A stretch of DNA of 63,044 bases, counting the filler, from Stramenopiles sp. TOSAG23-2 (taxonomy: Eukaryota): the NCBI GenBank assembly GCA_900128395.1. It is 36 parts of 36 records of this genome, joined end to end, with 100 filler letters (N's around TTAATTAATTAA, not from the genome) between each part and the next. Parts side by side here need not be neighbours in the genome. Positions count along the whole stretch, not along the records: positions 1 to 1,667 come from LT652521.1; positions 1,768 to 3,433 come from LT652522.1; positions 3,534 to 5,198 come from LT652523.1; positions 5,299 to 6,963 come from LT652524.1; positions 7,064 to 8,726 come from LT652525.1; positions 8,827 to 10,489 come from LT652526.1; positions 10,590 to 12,251 come from LT652527.1; 29 more parts are not named here. The stretch is one strand, 5' to 3'. The stretch's first letter is position 1. Each line of letters opens with the position of its first letter. The position numbers and the translations under genes are program-made. Below are positions 1 to 11,679 of this stretch, piece by piece. The notes below the pieces were generated by a model, which saw only the letters and a program-made list of their open reading frames with translations, searched no databases and had not been told where the DNA came from.

Positions 1-433
1 CTATGATAGGTATCATATTTTACCCTGTATCGTACGATTCGTATGAATTATTCCAATTTAAATAAATAATCATAATGCATAATGATGCGTTAAAATATTT
101 TAAATTTATATAACACATACATTTTTATACGAACTCCCAACATTTTTATATTCGTAATATCATATATCTGTCCTCAGAAATAATATATATTGAACATTTT
201 ATATATTTATAAAAATTTACAGTGTAGCACGTATCATATAATACTATATACTTCGTATATAATATGACACTCGTACGAATATCTTTATATACACACTCCC
301 TATAGCTTTTCCGATTTAATACGGGGGTATCATACGAAGTCGTATAAAAAGTACAGTAACATCTCCTATTATGGCATATATGTATATAATATATATTGTT
401 ACGAACTTCGTACTATTTACTAACAACGTCTTT

Positions 434-1591
434 CTAGCGTTTCAATTGCTTTTTTAATTTTTCGTGTTCTATTTGTACATTTTTAACATATTTAATTACG
501 TTCTTGTCTTTCAACGAACTAACTTTAGAATCCTCTCCTTTTAATTCATCATATTTTGAAATGATTTTTCCTGAACGACGATATGAAGGATGTCCATCTG
601 GTGTCAAAATATACTCAATAAATCCAACGTATGAAATTTCACTGCGACAGACAGGGCAAGGTGGATTGAAATTATCATTAAATTCTGCTTTTACCATAGC
701 TATATTTGCCTTATCGACTTTATCTTTTTTCAATTTTAATTCCTTCTCCTTCCATAATAATTTATCAAGTAATTGTTTCACATTTTTCTTTTCAATTTTT
801 TTTTCATCAATATTAACTACAATCATTTTACATTTCAATTCTAATTCATTTTTTGCAGTAGTCTCTATCTTGGTCAATTTTCGTTTTAAACAAGTCATTG
901 TTGCCAACTGATTGCTTAAATCGCCGGAACTCCACTCAAGTGTTTTCAACTCTTTTATAATGTTTTTTTTTTTATCCAATTGTTCATTAATATCTACTCT
1001 TAATTGAACAAGATTTTTTTTAATAATGTCAATATCTAAAGTTTCACCACTGCTGCTATTTTCAATCTTTTCTTTTGCTTTAATACTACGCGATCGTAGA
1101 TAATATTCTGATAAGCAAGTTTGATGAAATGCATGGAAACAATTTGTTCGAGTTCCAACATGATCATCTGATAATTTTTCCAAGCATATACTACAAACTG
1201 CATGGTTAAATTCAGTAAAAATTTCTTGACAAGCATCACAAAGAAGTGGTAAACAAGGTTCCCCAATATATTCATTTGCAAGTTTTTTTAAACGGGTTAA
1301 ACATTCTTTCTCTTCTTCATCAGATAGACCCTTCACTTTGATTAGTGACATTTCCGGTATTGATTCCTCCGGATATTGATTACTTAATGTTAATTTTAAT
1401 GTCCCTTTTACTAATATTTTTGAATTTGCCCCACCAGTAAAAGGTTTAATTAAAATATTTACTATTGTTTTTTTATTTTTATTTCTTTCTATTATAATTT
1501 CTCCACTATCGATATCATATATTGATTCCAACGCCATGAGTTCCTCTTCCACTTCATCAAATGAATCATCATCATCATGTGTAAATTGCAT
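434..1591 (-). CDS. RWD-domain RING-H2 E3 ubiquitin ligase (RNF25-like)
   Basis: N-terminal RWD motifs (EEELMALESIY, YPEESIP); RING ligands CSIC, CFHAFHQTC, CPVCR; complete ORF. Confidence 0.8.
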   Translation of the reverse strand: MQFTHDDDDSFDEVEEELMALESIYDIDSGEIIIERNKNKKTIVNILIKPFTGGANSKILVKGTLKLTLSNQYPEESIPEMSLIKVKGLSDEEEKECLTRLKKLANEYIGEPCLPLLCDACQEIFTEFNHAVCSICLEKLSDDHVGTRTNCFHAFHQTCLSEYYLRSRSIKAKEKIENSSSGETLDIDIIKKNLVQLRVDINEQLDKKKNIIKELKTLEWSSGDLSNQLATMTCLKRKLTKIETTAKNELELKCKMIVVNIDEKKIEKKNVKQLLDKLLWKEKELKLKKDKVDKANIAMVKAEFNDNFNPPCPVCRSEISYVGFIEYILTPDGHPSYRRSGKIISKYDELKGEDSKVSSLKDKNVIKYVKNVQIEHEKLKKQLKR

Positions 1592-1604
1592 ATTACCTTT
1601 GTGT

Positions 1605-1652
1605 CACACAACACACACACACACAGGCACACACACACACACACACACACAC
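1605..1652. repeat. (CA)n microsatellite
   Basis: Interrupted CA run just upstream of the RWD-RING start. Confidence 0.95.
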
Positions 1653-1667
1653 ATTATATATATATAA

Positions 1668-1767
1668 NNNNNNNNNNNNNNNNNNNNNNNNNNNNNNNNN
1701 NNNNNNNNNNNTTAATTAATTAANNNNNNNNNNNNNNNNNNNNNNNNNNNNNNNNNNNNNNNNNNNN
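1668..1767. other. Artificial contig linker N44-TTAATTAATTAA-N44 (first of 35; last at 61302-61401)
   Basis: Identical palindromic six-frame-stop spacer every ~1.75 kb; contig lengths fall from 1667 to 1643. Confidence 0.99.
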
Positions 1768-2129
1768 TTTCTTTTAACTTCGCTTCAATTTTAGCTTCTA
1801 ATTTTTTATTCACTTTATTTTTCGACATGATAATAATATTATATACAGTGATTATATATATATTGAACCAAATGAAAAAAAAAAATCTAAACGAAAAAAA
1901 AGAATACAATCAAAAGCACACTAAAAAACAAAAAAAAAAGGTATTCTTACTGTTTCCTAAGTTAAAATGCACAAATCTTAAGACGGCCTATTTATTCACA
2001 CATTTAATATGTACTTGGATGTTCGTCATTCGTTCCCCCATAGATCACTTCCACACCATGTGTGTTAATCTAATATTCCTCCTATTTTCGAACACATCAA
2101 TTCATTATTTTCCTCTCATACTGAGGGGA

Positions 2130-2299
2130 CTGGATTCTCAGCGAATAATCTGATTTCTTCCTATCAAATGGCACATAATGTATTGAATTTATACTTGAAA
2201 CTGGAAATTAGAATATTAGAGCTATCTCTGGATTCTCAGAATAATCTGATTTCTTCCTATCAAATGACACATAATTTATACTTGAAAGAAATTAGAATA
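2130..2299. repeat. Imperfect direct repeat, period ~98 bp
   Basis: ctggattctcag..aataatctgatttcttcctatcaaatg.cacataat at 2130 and 2228, with indels. Confidence 0.85.
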
Positions 2300-2910
2300 C
2301 ACAAGATCGATCCATTTTTTGTCTCCGCCGTGTAGCAACCAAACAAAGCTAAAAATTTTGATGTTTTGTTTTATATACTCAAAATGACAAATTATAAACA
2401 ATATACAATAAAATATGCGGATATTGCATATTATCAGATCAACTACAATAGTGAATCATGTAAAATATTAAGTCGATCTATTTTTTTTCAATATAAATAT
2501 TTCCAAATGATTTATTAATTATTCGTATCCCACTAAGCCTTTAGAGCCGTCAGTTGTTGCAAGCTGACCCTTGCAATAATACTATAAAATGATTTTTAAT
2601 ATACTAATACATACAAAACAGTTCCTAATATAATACTAACTCCATCTTTTTCGGTCAATCCTTCTAGGTTTTTTCCATCTCTCTCTCCAATGGTATGGCA
2701 ATGCTATTTGAATCTAGATTTTATACAAGATCGAAATACACACACCTACACACACACGCACCAATTTATAAATTGTGTAGATGTAGATGGAATGGATTGT
2801 AACACATACATTTGATAAGATAAGTTAATATATATAATATATATTAAATCGTAGCCTTTTAATTACATATATCAATTTAAAAAAAAAACAATCAAAGAGA
2901 AAAAAAAATC

Positions 2911-3234
2911 ATGGATAACGAACGAGGAAGTCCTCTTGCAAGATTTTGTGCAAATGAAAAAGCTCATACTTTCAATTTTGTTTTCGCTACTATCTTATTC
3001 GGTGGTTTTGGTTTACCAACCGTAGTACAATATGGTTATTCAACAAATGTTTACAGCGATGCTCTTGCTAATTCACAAGTAACATCAGGTAGTGAAGCAG
3101 GTGCTATTATGAGTGGGCGATTTGGCAAAGGTGTATTCCCAATGACATTGATGCTTTGGGTAGTTGCTGCATTCTTGTACTTTTCTACTTTGATCCGATA
3201 TTGTACAGCAAAGCCAGAAGCTAAAGAAGAATAA
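2911..3234 (+). CDS. Small membrane protein, two predicted TM helices, unknown function
   Basis: ATG after A-rich leader; two hydrophobic segments (FNFVFATILFGGFGL, LMLWVVAAFLYFSTLI). Confidence 0.7.
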   Translation: MDNERGSPLARFCANEKAHTFNFVFATILFGGFGLPTVVQYGYSTNVYSDALANSQVTSGSEAGAIMSGRFGKGVFPMTLMLWVVAAFLYFSTLIRYCTAKPEAKEE

Positions 3235-3533
3235 ATGTTATATGGTTTTGTGTAAGTTTGGTGTAGTAGTGTAGGAGATGGTTTCTTTGCTTTTCTTTTG
3301 ATGGGGATATAATACATTGAATAATCTCTAGATCAAAACAAAAAAGTGTGCGGGGGGAAACAAATGAAAACGGCAACAAATAAATAAAAATAATACATAT
3401 GTATAATAAAGAGAGAGACAGAAACAGACGGGGNNNNNNNNNNNNNNNNNNNNNNNNNNNNNNNNNNNNNNNNNNNNTTAATTAATTAANNNNNNNNNNN
3501 NNNNNNNNNNNNNNNNNNNNNNNNNNNNNNNNN

Positions 3534-3977
3534 ATGTGGAAATGACCAAATATCATCTTTATGTGCTAAAGGCACGTCTATTACAGTTCCAGGCCCACCA
3601 ACTTTCATATTTGAAGGAATACAAACTGTACCACCTCCTAATGGTGGTCTCATTACACTGCCTAATTGGGGATGTATTAAAGCAGCAATTTTTTCTAAAT
3701 CATTATCTACACTTGAAATTCCAGCTTTCCCATATGATATAATTTCATCTTTGTTTGGAAATAATGGTACCAATTTCTTCATTAATACATCTCCAAGTTC
3801 ACTTCCAACATCATATAATGGTGATAAATCTTCTATTTTTTCCCCATCTTTACTAGGCAATGGATCTTTGAAAATGACTACCCCAGCTGCTCGTGTTATT
3901 TCTTTCGGTGTGTTGACAACCGTATCCGTAATAATAAGATATTTCCTGACTAAATTCAATATAGATTTTGATGCCAT
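3534..3977 (-). CDS. Bacterial-type 'amino acid synthesis' (DUF1185) family protein, 3' truncated
   Basis: SYGKAG..LE..AALIHPQLG..MR..GGG..IPS..KVGGPG..IDVPLAHKD matches the family pattern as I recall it. Confidence 0.8.
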
Positions 3978-4356
3978 TTCTTTTTTTTTTTTTCTTGCCT
4001 CTTCCTATAGAGATAAATCTTTATTGTAAATATAATTTTTTCTTGTTTTATTGTTTGCATTAGAAAATCAAAGTATGAAGGTTTTCCTTGTCAGGTTACT
4101 ACTTTTTTTTTGGTAGTACTATAATTTAGAATAATAATTTAGTTGCACGTTTTGCATACCAGCATATCCAGCACTTATACTCGGCAGGAAAATGTTCGGA
4201 AAATCTCTGTTATTAATATATAGTAAGTTATACTTGTTACTGTACTAACAAGAAAAAAAATACAAAATTCAGTATACGTGAGAGTAATAGAAATTTCGAA
4301 TATTATTGAAATTACAATTAATCGAATTTTCCATCGAAACATTTAAACTTGGTGGT

Positions 4357-4719
4357 TTAAGCCAACTGGAAGAGTATCGGTGTCTCCATGCATTTTCGAC
4401 AAAAGGCATCCATGGCCTTTCCAAACGGTGGATTCACAAATAGTTTTTGTTTTTGTACCCAATCGATGGCCAATCCGTCAAACGTTGCAAAGGCAGGACA
4501 TGGGTCATAATACCCAGCTTTTATGAGGGGGATATATATATTCAACGGTGTCGCCCAAAAAATGCTTTTTGCCTTTTTTATATAGCTTTTTGATTCCGTT
4601 GTCAACGCTGATTTGTTACTCGTTTTAGTCGTTGTTTTATCTGAATTTCTTTTAGCAGGCAATACCATTGTTTTTACCTTACCCATTTTTTTGTCTGAGA
4701 ATATCTGAATTTTAACCAT
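4357..4719 (-). pseudogene. Phage-type DNA N6-adenine methyltransferase (Dam family), C-terminally truncated
   Basis: Ordered motifs WATP, DPC, DGL..DW, FVNPPF; stop ~20 codons after NPPF. Confidence 0.7.
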
Positions 4720-5298
4720 TGTATTTCGATGTTATATTTCTATGTGGTATTTACAAGGTAGAATAATATTCAGATGGAATATTCGACTGTTTTATTTTCC
4801 TATTTTTCCAATTCTATTACGTTTCAGTACCTTATTATTAGTGTTAATTTTATAACATATTTTAGTAGGTAAATACAGTTGGTTGCGGAGAAAATTAGAT
4901 GCGTAAAATTTGATACGGATTTTTAGATGGTAAAGGTATACTGTATATTTTTGTACTTATTTGGATGTTTTTAGGAGTGCGATACTATGGTAATAGCATT
5001 ACAGCCCTAAAGTTGGGAATAGGGGACACAGCACAGGTAAAAAATGGTAATTTTAAAATGTAGAGGGGGGCACAGTTTCAATACAGTGCTGTGTGCCTGT
5101 ATATCAGACACTGGTGCCATCAGAGACGGAAACATTGAAAACATTTCTTGCGCTCTTCTTTATTATAATTCCTGAACTGTGGGTAGCTATATAAATATNN
5201 NNNNNNNNNNNNNNNNNNNNNNNNNNNNNNNNNNNNNNNNNNTTAATTAATTAANNNNNNNNNNNNNNNNNNNNNNNNNNNNNNNNNNNNNNNNNNNN

Positions 5299-6416
5299 TT
5301 TTCATAAATATCATAATAAAATATTTTTAATCCTTCCAAATGTTCATTCATTTTTATGGACAACTCTTTTTGATTACTGAATAGGTTTTGAATACTTCGA
5401 ATTAATAATGCACGTATGGCATTGGAATTAACAACTAAACGTCTTCCTTTTTTAATCCGTTTTTGTCCATCTTTATCTAAAATCGGAATTCCACTTTCAT
5501 CTTTGATTACACGATCGTTCATATTTTCACGAGTTACTTTTATGCTTGGATTTTCATAGTGTATTAATGGAATCTGTAAGTTTGTACCTATTTCCAATAA
5601 ATCTTCTGCTATATAACCAGCATCCAAATTACCATTACTAATCCATTTGTAAATATGCAAATTTAATCCGGATACTTGTTCTAAAACGTCATCTGGAAAT
5701 GTAGTATCTATCTGTATTATTTTCAATTCAGAATCAGATAATTGTTGCAATTGATCAACAATTGCAAGAACAATTTTTGCGCTGTTTGCATTTATTGCAT
5801 CAAAATTTGTTGGTGTGGTGTTATTAATCACGTTTGCCATTGCATTCGGGGGGAATGAAACTGTATTATTGTTGTTGTCGATACTTAAATTAGTACCTGG
5901 GAAGTGTTCAGCTTGATATACAATTAAGCTTTGAAACGTTCGATTTGATAAGGGTATGTCATTACAATCGTGTATCTGGAAGTATACAGGTTTTTTTTCT
6001 CCGATCTGATTTTCAAAAAAAAAAATCTTTGTGTTTTCCTTCCGACCATTTCTGTCCGCGTTACGAATACAAAATGGTAATAAGCCGTCAATATTAATAT
6101 GTAAAGTAAGGGAGTACGGCGGTTTATTATTTGGACGGCAATATATTGTTCCATGTTGCATATTATTATTGGAGTCACTCAATATACCATGCATCTGATA
6201 ACCACCCCTTCTTTCATTCCCTCTTAAAGCAAACACATTCTTGTTAATATTACTTGCATCATTACTTGCATCACGAGACAATAAGCATAGTTGTGCACGA
6301 GTAATATTTGTAATTTTTATCTTTAATATATATTCCTCCGGATCCTGTTGTTTTTGGGTTTGTATACCATTAAATCCAAAAGAAATATTATTATTGTTGT
6401 TACTATCACAAAACAT
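5299..6416 (-). CDS. MYRF/MrfA-like protein: putative Ndt80-like domain plus peptidase S74 intramolecular chaperone, 3' truncated
   Basis: SDSELK..VLEQVSGLNLHIYKW..AGYIAEDL..LVVNSNAI..SIQNL plus coiled coil; upstream QSLIVYQAEHFPG. Confidence 0.7.
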
Positions 6417-6869
6417 GATAATTTAAATATTATTTCTTATAATCTCTTCTTATCTACATTAGTACCTATGAAATGAAAGTATATATATATACGCGTATAT
6501 ATATGATCTTCTAAATCAAAGAGGTTCTTTCTGTCTAAATGGACATGGATGGATATATCGATATATCGATATCTATATTGATAGTTTATAAATGTGTGTA
6601 TGTGTGTCGAAAGATCTTAGATAGAACATATAATTATTAATTACTTCGTATTTTATGGTATGGAGTATATATGGAGTGTATCAAGTTATATTGCTTCCAT
6701 GCAAAACTTTTCAGCACAATATGTTACATCTTTATATTATTATTGTATGGAGTGTATGAAGGTAATGTAGATTCCATGCAGAGATCATCAACACAATATG
6801 TTACATCTTTATATTGATTTGTGTTGGATTGTTGTTTTTCACAATATAATTGTGTGTTTTTTAAAATTT

Positions 6870-6963
6870 TCAATCATACTCTTCCGCCTTCTCTTTAATC
6901 AAATGTTGCAATTTAACATATGCATTGTCACTTTTTGTTGCATATCCATATTCATCATGCAAG
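6870..6963 (-). CDS. 3' end of unknown gene (LHDEYGYATKSDNAYVKLQHLIKEKAEEYD*)
   Basis: Frame open from contig edge to TGA, protein-like composition. Confidence 0.4.
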
Positions 6964-7307
6964 NNNNNNNNNNNNNNNNNNNNNNNNNNNNNNNNNNNNN
7001 NNNNNNNTTAATTAATTAANNNNNNNNNNNNNNNNNNNNNNNNNNNNNNNNNNNNNNNNNNNNATTTTGTTGTAAAAAAATTTAATTTATCATATGGGGA
7101 TATAGAATATATATTATTAGATTTAGAATAACACCATCTCTCTCACACCACATCTCGCTCATATTATCTCTTACGTTCGTATGATGTACCGTACGACGTA
7201 CAAATGTACGAATCGTACATTAAGAAATATAAAATGTACATGTTACGAAGTCGCCGTATGTTCGTACTTTTTTCTAAAAAAATTCATTTTTATCAATTTA
7301 TTCAATT

Positions 7308-8726
7308 TTACATCAATCGCCTTTCATAACTATGTAAATCATGTACACCACCTTCACGTTGTGCTGCACTAGTTCTCAATTCAAAACGCAAACTTCCACT
7401 TTCCCGCATCTTATGTAAATCATTTAAACTTTTTGCACCTAAATCTTGAAATCCATGTTTTACACCTTGCACTAAATATGGCAAAAAACGTCGTATGGAC
7501 CCTTTATCTACTACTGCACCACTAACACCTTGTGCCACTTTGACGCGTTGGCCTTCCCCAAAGTAACGTTTACTAGAGCCTTTTGTCATTGCTTCTATAC
7601 TACCCATACCACGATATTTTTTCAATCGTACGCCATCTTGGAAAAAATATTGCCCAGGTGCTTCTTCTGTCCCCGCTAATAATGAACCAAACATAGTCAT
7701 TGACGCGCCCAATGACAATGCTTTGACAATATGGCCGCTGCTGGAGATGCCACCATCTGCCCATATAGGAACACCATATGCTGCTGCCATTCTTGCTGTA
7801 TGGTACACTGCACTGGCTTGTGCCCGCCCACACGCACATACTTCTTGCGTTGTGCAAATGCTACCAACACCCATGCCAACACGTATTGCATCTGCACCAG
7901 CTTCAATTAAATGGCGTACTTGGGAGGATGTCACGACATTACCAGCAACAACTTGTACATTTGGATATTCTTTTTTCATCCATTTAATCATTTCTAATTG
8001 ATAAACACTATCACCTTGTGAAGAGTCAATTACGATAACATCCACACCTTCACCAACTAATGCTTCCAATCGAACGCGATCATTTGGTCTAGTACCAATA
8101 GCCGCACCAACTAATAATTGTTTGTTTTCATCTTTGGATGCATTTGGAAAATCACGATTTTTTTTCAAATCATTTCGTGATATTAAAGCTACTAATTCAA
8201 ATTTATCATTTACAATTGGTAATTTACCTTTCTTACTTTCACGTAAAATTAAATTTGCTTCTGCTAATGTACATGGCTCTTGTGCAACTACTAAATCCGT
8301 TGTCATAATTTGTACCAATGGTCGAGAGCGATCTTGTAAAAAATCAATGTCTCTGTTACTAACGATACCGACCAATCGACTTCCTAATGTGCCATCTTCC
8401 GTTATTGGTATACCACAAAATCCATATTGTTTCTGTATTTCATCAACATCTGCTATAGTATGGTTTGGTGATAATACAATCGGATCAGTGATAAATCCAT
8501 TTTTATACCTTTTTACACGTCGCACCTCATGCGCTTGCTCCTCAATCGTTTGATTGTAATGGATAATGCCAATGGCGCCTTGCAACGCCATGTTGATAGC
8601 CATGTTGCTTTCTGTTACCGTGTCCATTGGAGAGGAAACGAATGGAACAGATAAAAATATTTTTTTCGTCAATTTGGTACCTAAGTGTATATCATCTACA
8701 CCAAAACTAATATGACCAGGTAACAT
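7308..8726 (-). CDS. IMPDH: Inosine-5'-monophosphate dehydrogenase, 5' truncated
   Basis: [12 protein letters not shown] pair, catalytic [29 protein letters not shown]. Confidence 0.98.
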   Translation of the reverse strand: MLPGHISFGVDDIHLGTKLTKKIFLSVPFVSSPMDTVTESNMAINMALQGAIGIIHYNQTIEEQAHEVRRVKRYKNGFITDPIVLSPNHTIADVDEIQKQYGFCGIPITEDGTLGSRLVGIVSNRDIDFLQDRSRPLVQIMTTDLVVAQEPCTLAEANLILRESKKGKLPIVNDKFELVALISRNDLKKNRDFPNASKDENKQLLVGAAIGTRPNDRVRLEALVGEGVDVIVIDSSQGDSVYQLEMIKWMKKEYPNVQVVAGNVVTSSQVRHLIEAGADAIRVGMGVGSICTTQEVCACGRAQASAVYHTARMAAAYGVPIWADGGISSSGHIVKALSLGASMTMFGSLLAGTEEAPGQYFFQDGVRLKKYRGMGSIEAMTKGSSKRYFGEGQRVKVAQGVSGAVVDKGSIRRFLPYLVQGVKHGFQDLGAKSLNDLHKMRESGSLRFELRTSAAQREGGVHDLHSYERRLM

Positions 8727-8826
8727 NNNNNNNNNNNNNNNNNNNNNNNNNNNNNNNNNNNNNNNNNNNNTTAATTAATTAANNNNNNNNNNNNNNNNNN
8801 NNNNNNNNNNNNNNNNNNNNNNNNNN

Positions 8827-10489
8827 CCATTTGTTTGAATGGATGGATATCCTGCCAAGGCAATACGCACAGAAATTGGGATAATTTTACGCTTTGTGTT
8901 ATTGATTTGTGACAATCCTACCCCAGGTTGGATGACGCGAGCTCTCGGGTCTCCAATTCTTGCAATACCATTATGATCATCCCCAGCATCATCATCATCA
9001 TCATCGAACTCTACTACATCCTCCATTCCATTTGTTTCTTCTAATTGTTGTTGATATCGTTCATGTTGTTGTTGTAATAAAAAAATTGCATTGGTAATAT
9101 CACCATATAATATTGCTAATGCGATTGCACGATCAAAATTTTCAACTCTACTACATCCTCCATTCCATTTGTTTCTTCTAATTGTTGTTGATATCGTTCA
9201 TGTTGTTGTTGTAATAAAAAAATTGCATTGGTAATATCACCATATAATATTGCTAATGCGATTGCACGATCAAAATTTTCCAACGCAATGTTTTTTAAAA
9301 ACTCTAAATTCATTTGTTTCATACCTACCCATCCACACATTTTCATAGCCATCTCGCGTTGTCCATCATTGAAACCAGCAATATTACCACTACCATGCAA
9401 TACGCTAAATACACCTTTTCCTGGTACACGATGCAATTCCTTGCATTTTTGTAACCATGTCCATATATTTTGTAATGGCAACAACGATGAGGGTGATGAG
9501 GATGATGATGATGATACTTTTTTTAATATCTTAATATTATTCAAACCGTCTAAACTATATCCAGATTGAGCAAGTACTTTCATTTCCATAGATATGTCAT
9601 TTATATTATTTCCTCTGCTTGTAGTAGCAACAGTCGTTTTTATGTTGTTCTTCTTCTTGTTATATCCAGATAATTTTCTTTCCATTGCTATGTTGCTTGG
9701 TGTTGTTGCAGTGATATATATATTTTTATTTGATGCAAATACAATTTCATTATCAATAGCAGAAATTGCAGTACATGATGTATTATACATCGCCATGCTT
9801 TCTAATCTTCCATCATAACCACATGTTAATATGCGATTAAAATTATCATAGGATGTACTACCATCTTCTTCTAACCAACAAAAGGATGTGATACCTGGCA
9901 ATGATGCTTTACGAGATCGATATGGAAATAGAATTTTTCCTGTTTCAATTGGTGAATTATCTTGATCATGAAGATTGCTATTAGAAGCATTTTTATTTTT
10001 CATACCATCAGGTTCATCGACACTACTATTGCCTTTTCGTTTTTTGTTTAACAGCATGGAAGATGGGGATAATATAGTGTTTCATACCATCAGGTTCATC
10101 GACACTACTATTGCCTTTTCGTTTTTTGTTTAACAGCATGGAAGATGGGGATAATATAGTGTCGTGATTAGATGATGAATCATCTGTATCGGAATCATTA
10201 CTATCATTGGATGAGTCAGCAGTGAAATCATCATTATCATTATTTTTATTGTCATCGTTTTTCCTATTTTTATTTTTTTTAATATTGTCATCATTAATAT
10301 TATCTTCATTATTTAAATTGTTGTTGATTTTTCTAAATGTAATTGTTCCTTTTTTTGTATTGTTAGTTATATTTAGAGTATTATTACTATTAACACTATC
10401 TAATTTACTATTATCATCTTTATCAAATGCAATGTTTGATGCTGTATGTGTTTTTAAATTCCATAATGATATGATTGAATCATCTCTAG
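8827..10489 (-). CDS. MIOS: GATOR2/SEA subunit MIOS (Sea4) fragment, frameshifted by two tandem duplications
   Basis: DISMEMKVLAQSGY, LQNIWTWL, REMAMKMCGW, FDRAIALAILYGDITNAI, IALAGY parallel MIOS motifs in order. Confidence 0.8.
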
Positions 10490-10589
10490 NNNNNNNNNNN
10501 NNNNNNNNNNNNNNNNNNNNNNNNNNNNNNNNNTTAATTAATTAANNNNNNNNNNNNNNNNNNNNNNNNNNNNNNNNNNNNNNNNNNNN

Positions 10590-10991
10590 GTTATTATTGT
10601 TCATGCCGATCATCGCTTCACCACCATTATCAAATGAAGATGTTTTTTTCTTCTTCTTTTTCTGTTTACCATTATTCTTCGAGGTTTTCGTCTTGTTGCT
10701 TTTTTCATTAGCATCTTCATCATCACTATTATTATCCTCATCAGAATCATCGTCAAATTCACCAAGTTCCTCCATTTCAATAGTAACCCGATCAATTATT
10801 TCACGATCGTTTTCAGATTCTTCTATTTCAACACGTTTTTCATAAATTAATTGTCTAGCTTTTAATGAGCGTAAAAAGTTATGTCGTGATGATTTTTTTG
10901 TTCCAATTCTATGCAATCGATTATCATTATAATTATCTTCCTCCATTTTTAATATATTACTGTGTAAAACTTTATACAACGATGTCCTCAC
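10590..10991 (-). CDS. Hypothetical protein, N-terminal fragment, acidic/Lys-rich
   Basis: Open frame into linker with D/E, K and N runs typical of this genome's proteins. Confidence 0.55.
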
Positions 10992-11679
10992 AATTAAAAA
11001 TTAAAAGTTCTATCCTGAAGGTATATATTCTTTCCTGCATTTTATTTTTAAAAAAAAACACTCAATAGACACTGTACATTAACGTGAAGGACATATGTGC
11101 ATATTGTAATTATATATATTTGTAACGAATTTCCTTTTTTTGTATAAATATAATTTTTGTCACGCGAAAAAAGAAGATTTTTTCCAACCGCCCGTAAAAT
11201 GAATAACCCTAATTTGTAACTCCCCCTCTGACCATCATCACCACAAAATCCCCTTTGACAAAATCACCACCTACAGTATATTTTTTTTGTTTGCCTGGTG
11301 TGATCATCTTAATCCTCTCGTGCTCCATTTTGCAGTCGGAATATAATATTATAGTCGCTCTAATACTATTCCTATGATATGTCGAGGGAAAAGTTTGGTT
11401 TTGCTTGTCAATCATCTAAATAATAATGGCAGCAAGCCCGGCAAGCACTAATCATCGATCATCTATTACATGTATTATTTTTTAAATTGAATCAATCTAT
11501 TAATTTATCTATTTTAGAAATAAATAATTTATTCATTTCAAGTCGTGATATTGCCAGTAAGAATCCATATGTACTCTATCTAATAATATATATATCTTCG
11601 CGGAGATATTATAGTTTTATATACATATTATCCACCTTACATTACATCGATTAATAAGAAAATTAAAAAACAGAGAGAG

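Noticed and set aside
4357-6416. Dam methylase plus S74 tailspike-chaperone gene as an integrated virus module
   Set aside because: They lie on different contigs separated by a linker; adjacency reflects only length sorting
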